Assembly: GCA_023920165.1 (NCBI GenBank)
Contig: CP089278.1
Coordinates: forward strand, 2,294,001 to 2,358,000
Direction: 5' to 3'
DNA: 64,000 nt
DNA from: Curvularia clavata
Lineage: Eukaryota
In this document: piece after piece, positions 62,626-64,000 of the stretch
Layout of the letters: each line of letters opens with the position of its first letter
Position numbering within the stretch: position 1 is the first letter of the stretch
Position numbers and translations under genes: made by a program
Notes under the pieces: generated by a model
What the model was told of the DNA's origin: nothing
Databases searched by the model: none
Seen by the model: only the letters and a program-made list of their open reading frames with translations

Positions 62626-63681
62626 CTGGCGTACGGAGAAGTAATAGACCAGCCACTCCGACGATCTCCTGCAGAAGCGCCATGGGTTCCGCCGTTATCA
62701 TGGCTGACGACAAGTTTTTGATGCCTACCTATTGTTAGATATATCCGGAGCTACAAGCTATCCAATGTCCCAAGTGGCACAGTATGCTCTTGCCCCCAGA
62801 CACAAGCAAGGTTCAGAACGTGGCCACCATTCATTGATATGATTGAAGGAACAGAATGACCCATGGCTTTGGTTAGGATTCTAACAGTCTGGACGATATT
62901 GGCTGCGGGTTTGCGGAGATCAGGAGCCTTCTCGGCGCACCAAGGATTGTCAGCTATTGCTAATAGAGCGCGAGGCTGCTCGATCGAGAAGACACCCAGC
63001 GGTGGTACGAGGATCGTGTTTTCTCCTTTGCCGGTCATATGCAAGCCCACGGCGTGTCTGCTGTTCCTCCACTTAGGTCGGTGTAGACTCCTTTCGGGTA
63101 CATTCAAATGGCAGAAATCTCCACCTCAATGCAAGTCAGCAGCATTGTTCAAAGTCTCTTGCGTTGAGGTTCGAGATGAGGCAGCCACGCGGGGCGGGAA
63201 CTTTCCGGTCAGTACCTGGTCCTTGTGCAGTGCGGTTCAGCCCTGGTCTAGTTCCTATCCCGAGACTTGTCAGTTTGCGGGGCGGATACTACTGATCCGC
63301 GCGGTCCTATTCTGAAAGTTTATCAGTCTTTGAAAGCCTTCAGCCTTGTCCAGTAAATAGCACATCACTGACGCTTCGTATGGAATAGAGTGAGGGAGTT
63401 TGTATCGAACTGCAGATCCGTGTCTGAACGTTTTCAGCTAGCATTCGACCCAGTGCGGACCCGACCAACCTGCAACAGGCTTTCATTAGTCTCGAAATGG
63501 TACAAGTACCTAAATCATACACTCTCGTCGTATGTTACAATATCCTCCACCATATTGGTATCCGTTTTCTAGAAACATTTAATCTAGTAACGCCAGGGAT
63601 GCAATGTGAAAAGAACTAAGAAAGAAAACAAGAGAAAGACCAATGTCCGGCAGTTCAAGGAGAAACAAGGTAAATCAAATC

Positions 63682-64000
63682 TCAGATGACCTCGTGTCTT
63701 TCCCAACCAGTTGGCTTTTGGTGTGCAAGGTCCTTGGTTGGGTGTGGCAGCTCGGGATTCCGGTACTCGCTAACGTACGGGTTGGGGTCTTCCTTTTGAT
63801 CGAGGTTACCGAAGGTATGGTTAACTTCTCGATGCTTACTCTCGTCTGCGCGGACTGGGATAATATTAGCGTGGCCAACACTGCATATCCATAATGAGGT
63901 ACATACTGTAGAGAAGCAAATCGCGCATTGTGCGGTGGCCTTCTGGCATTTTCCAGTAGTCGACCGCGATTTCGGGAGCCTCCATCTTTTCCCACTTGGG
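63682..64000 (-). CDS. aod-1: Alternative oxidase (ubiquinol oxidase), 3' part only; intron 63855-63906; the gene continues beyond the window
   Basis: Not shown in the ORF track in the correct frame. Manual translation gives [57 protein letters not shown]...[10 protein letters not shown], containing the last di-iron ligand motif RADExxH. Confidence 0.92.
   Translation of the reverse strand, partial: PSGKRWRLPKSRSTTGKCQKATAQCAICFSTVCTSLWICSVGHANIIPVRADESKHREVNHTFGNLDQKEDPNPYVSEYRNPELPHPTKDLAHQKPTGWERHEVI

Noticed and set aside
63675..63995. 106-aa minus-strand ORF in the track
   Set aside because: Wrong-frame read across the alternative oxidase exons and intron.

Overview
Eukaryotic, intron-containing genomic DNA from a filamentous ascomycete. 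Short GT-AG introns with CTRAC/CTAAY branch points and the gene content suggest a Dothideomycete, possibly Mycosphaerellaceae (inference only). I can support 16 protein-coding genes (one truncated by the window end) and one tRNA. In order: Zn2Cys6 transcription factor; a 7.8 kb gap with no recognisable gene; an intronless protein with a bacterial-type RapZ C-terminal domain; OST1 head-to-head with a pseudouridine glycosidase-kinase fusion; adenylate cyclase; NAF1 head-to-head with ALG9; a DUF3445/HDOD-like protein; an LTE1-like RasGEF; a CorA-like protein; an RBR/IBR E3 ligase; an SH3 membrane protein; tRNA-Thr(AGT); a second Zn2Cys6 factor; sulfide:quinone oxidoreductase; peroxisomal alcohol oxidase; and the 3' end of alternative oxidase. 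Exon boundaries were read by eye and checked for frame. No transposon, CRISPR array or rRNA is evident. The best leads are (1) the TF-SQR-alcohol oxidase-alternative oxidase block as a possible sulfide/thiol oxidation module, (2) the stand-alone RapZ-CTD protein, and (3) the pseudouridine-catabolism fusion, which has dual targeting signals and a stop-containing intron at the domain junction. All family assignments come from motif recognition, not database searches.
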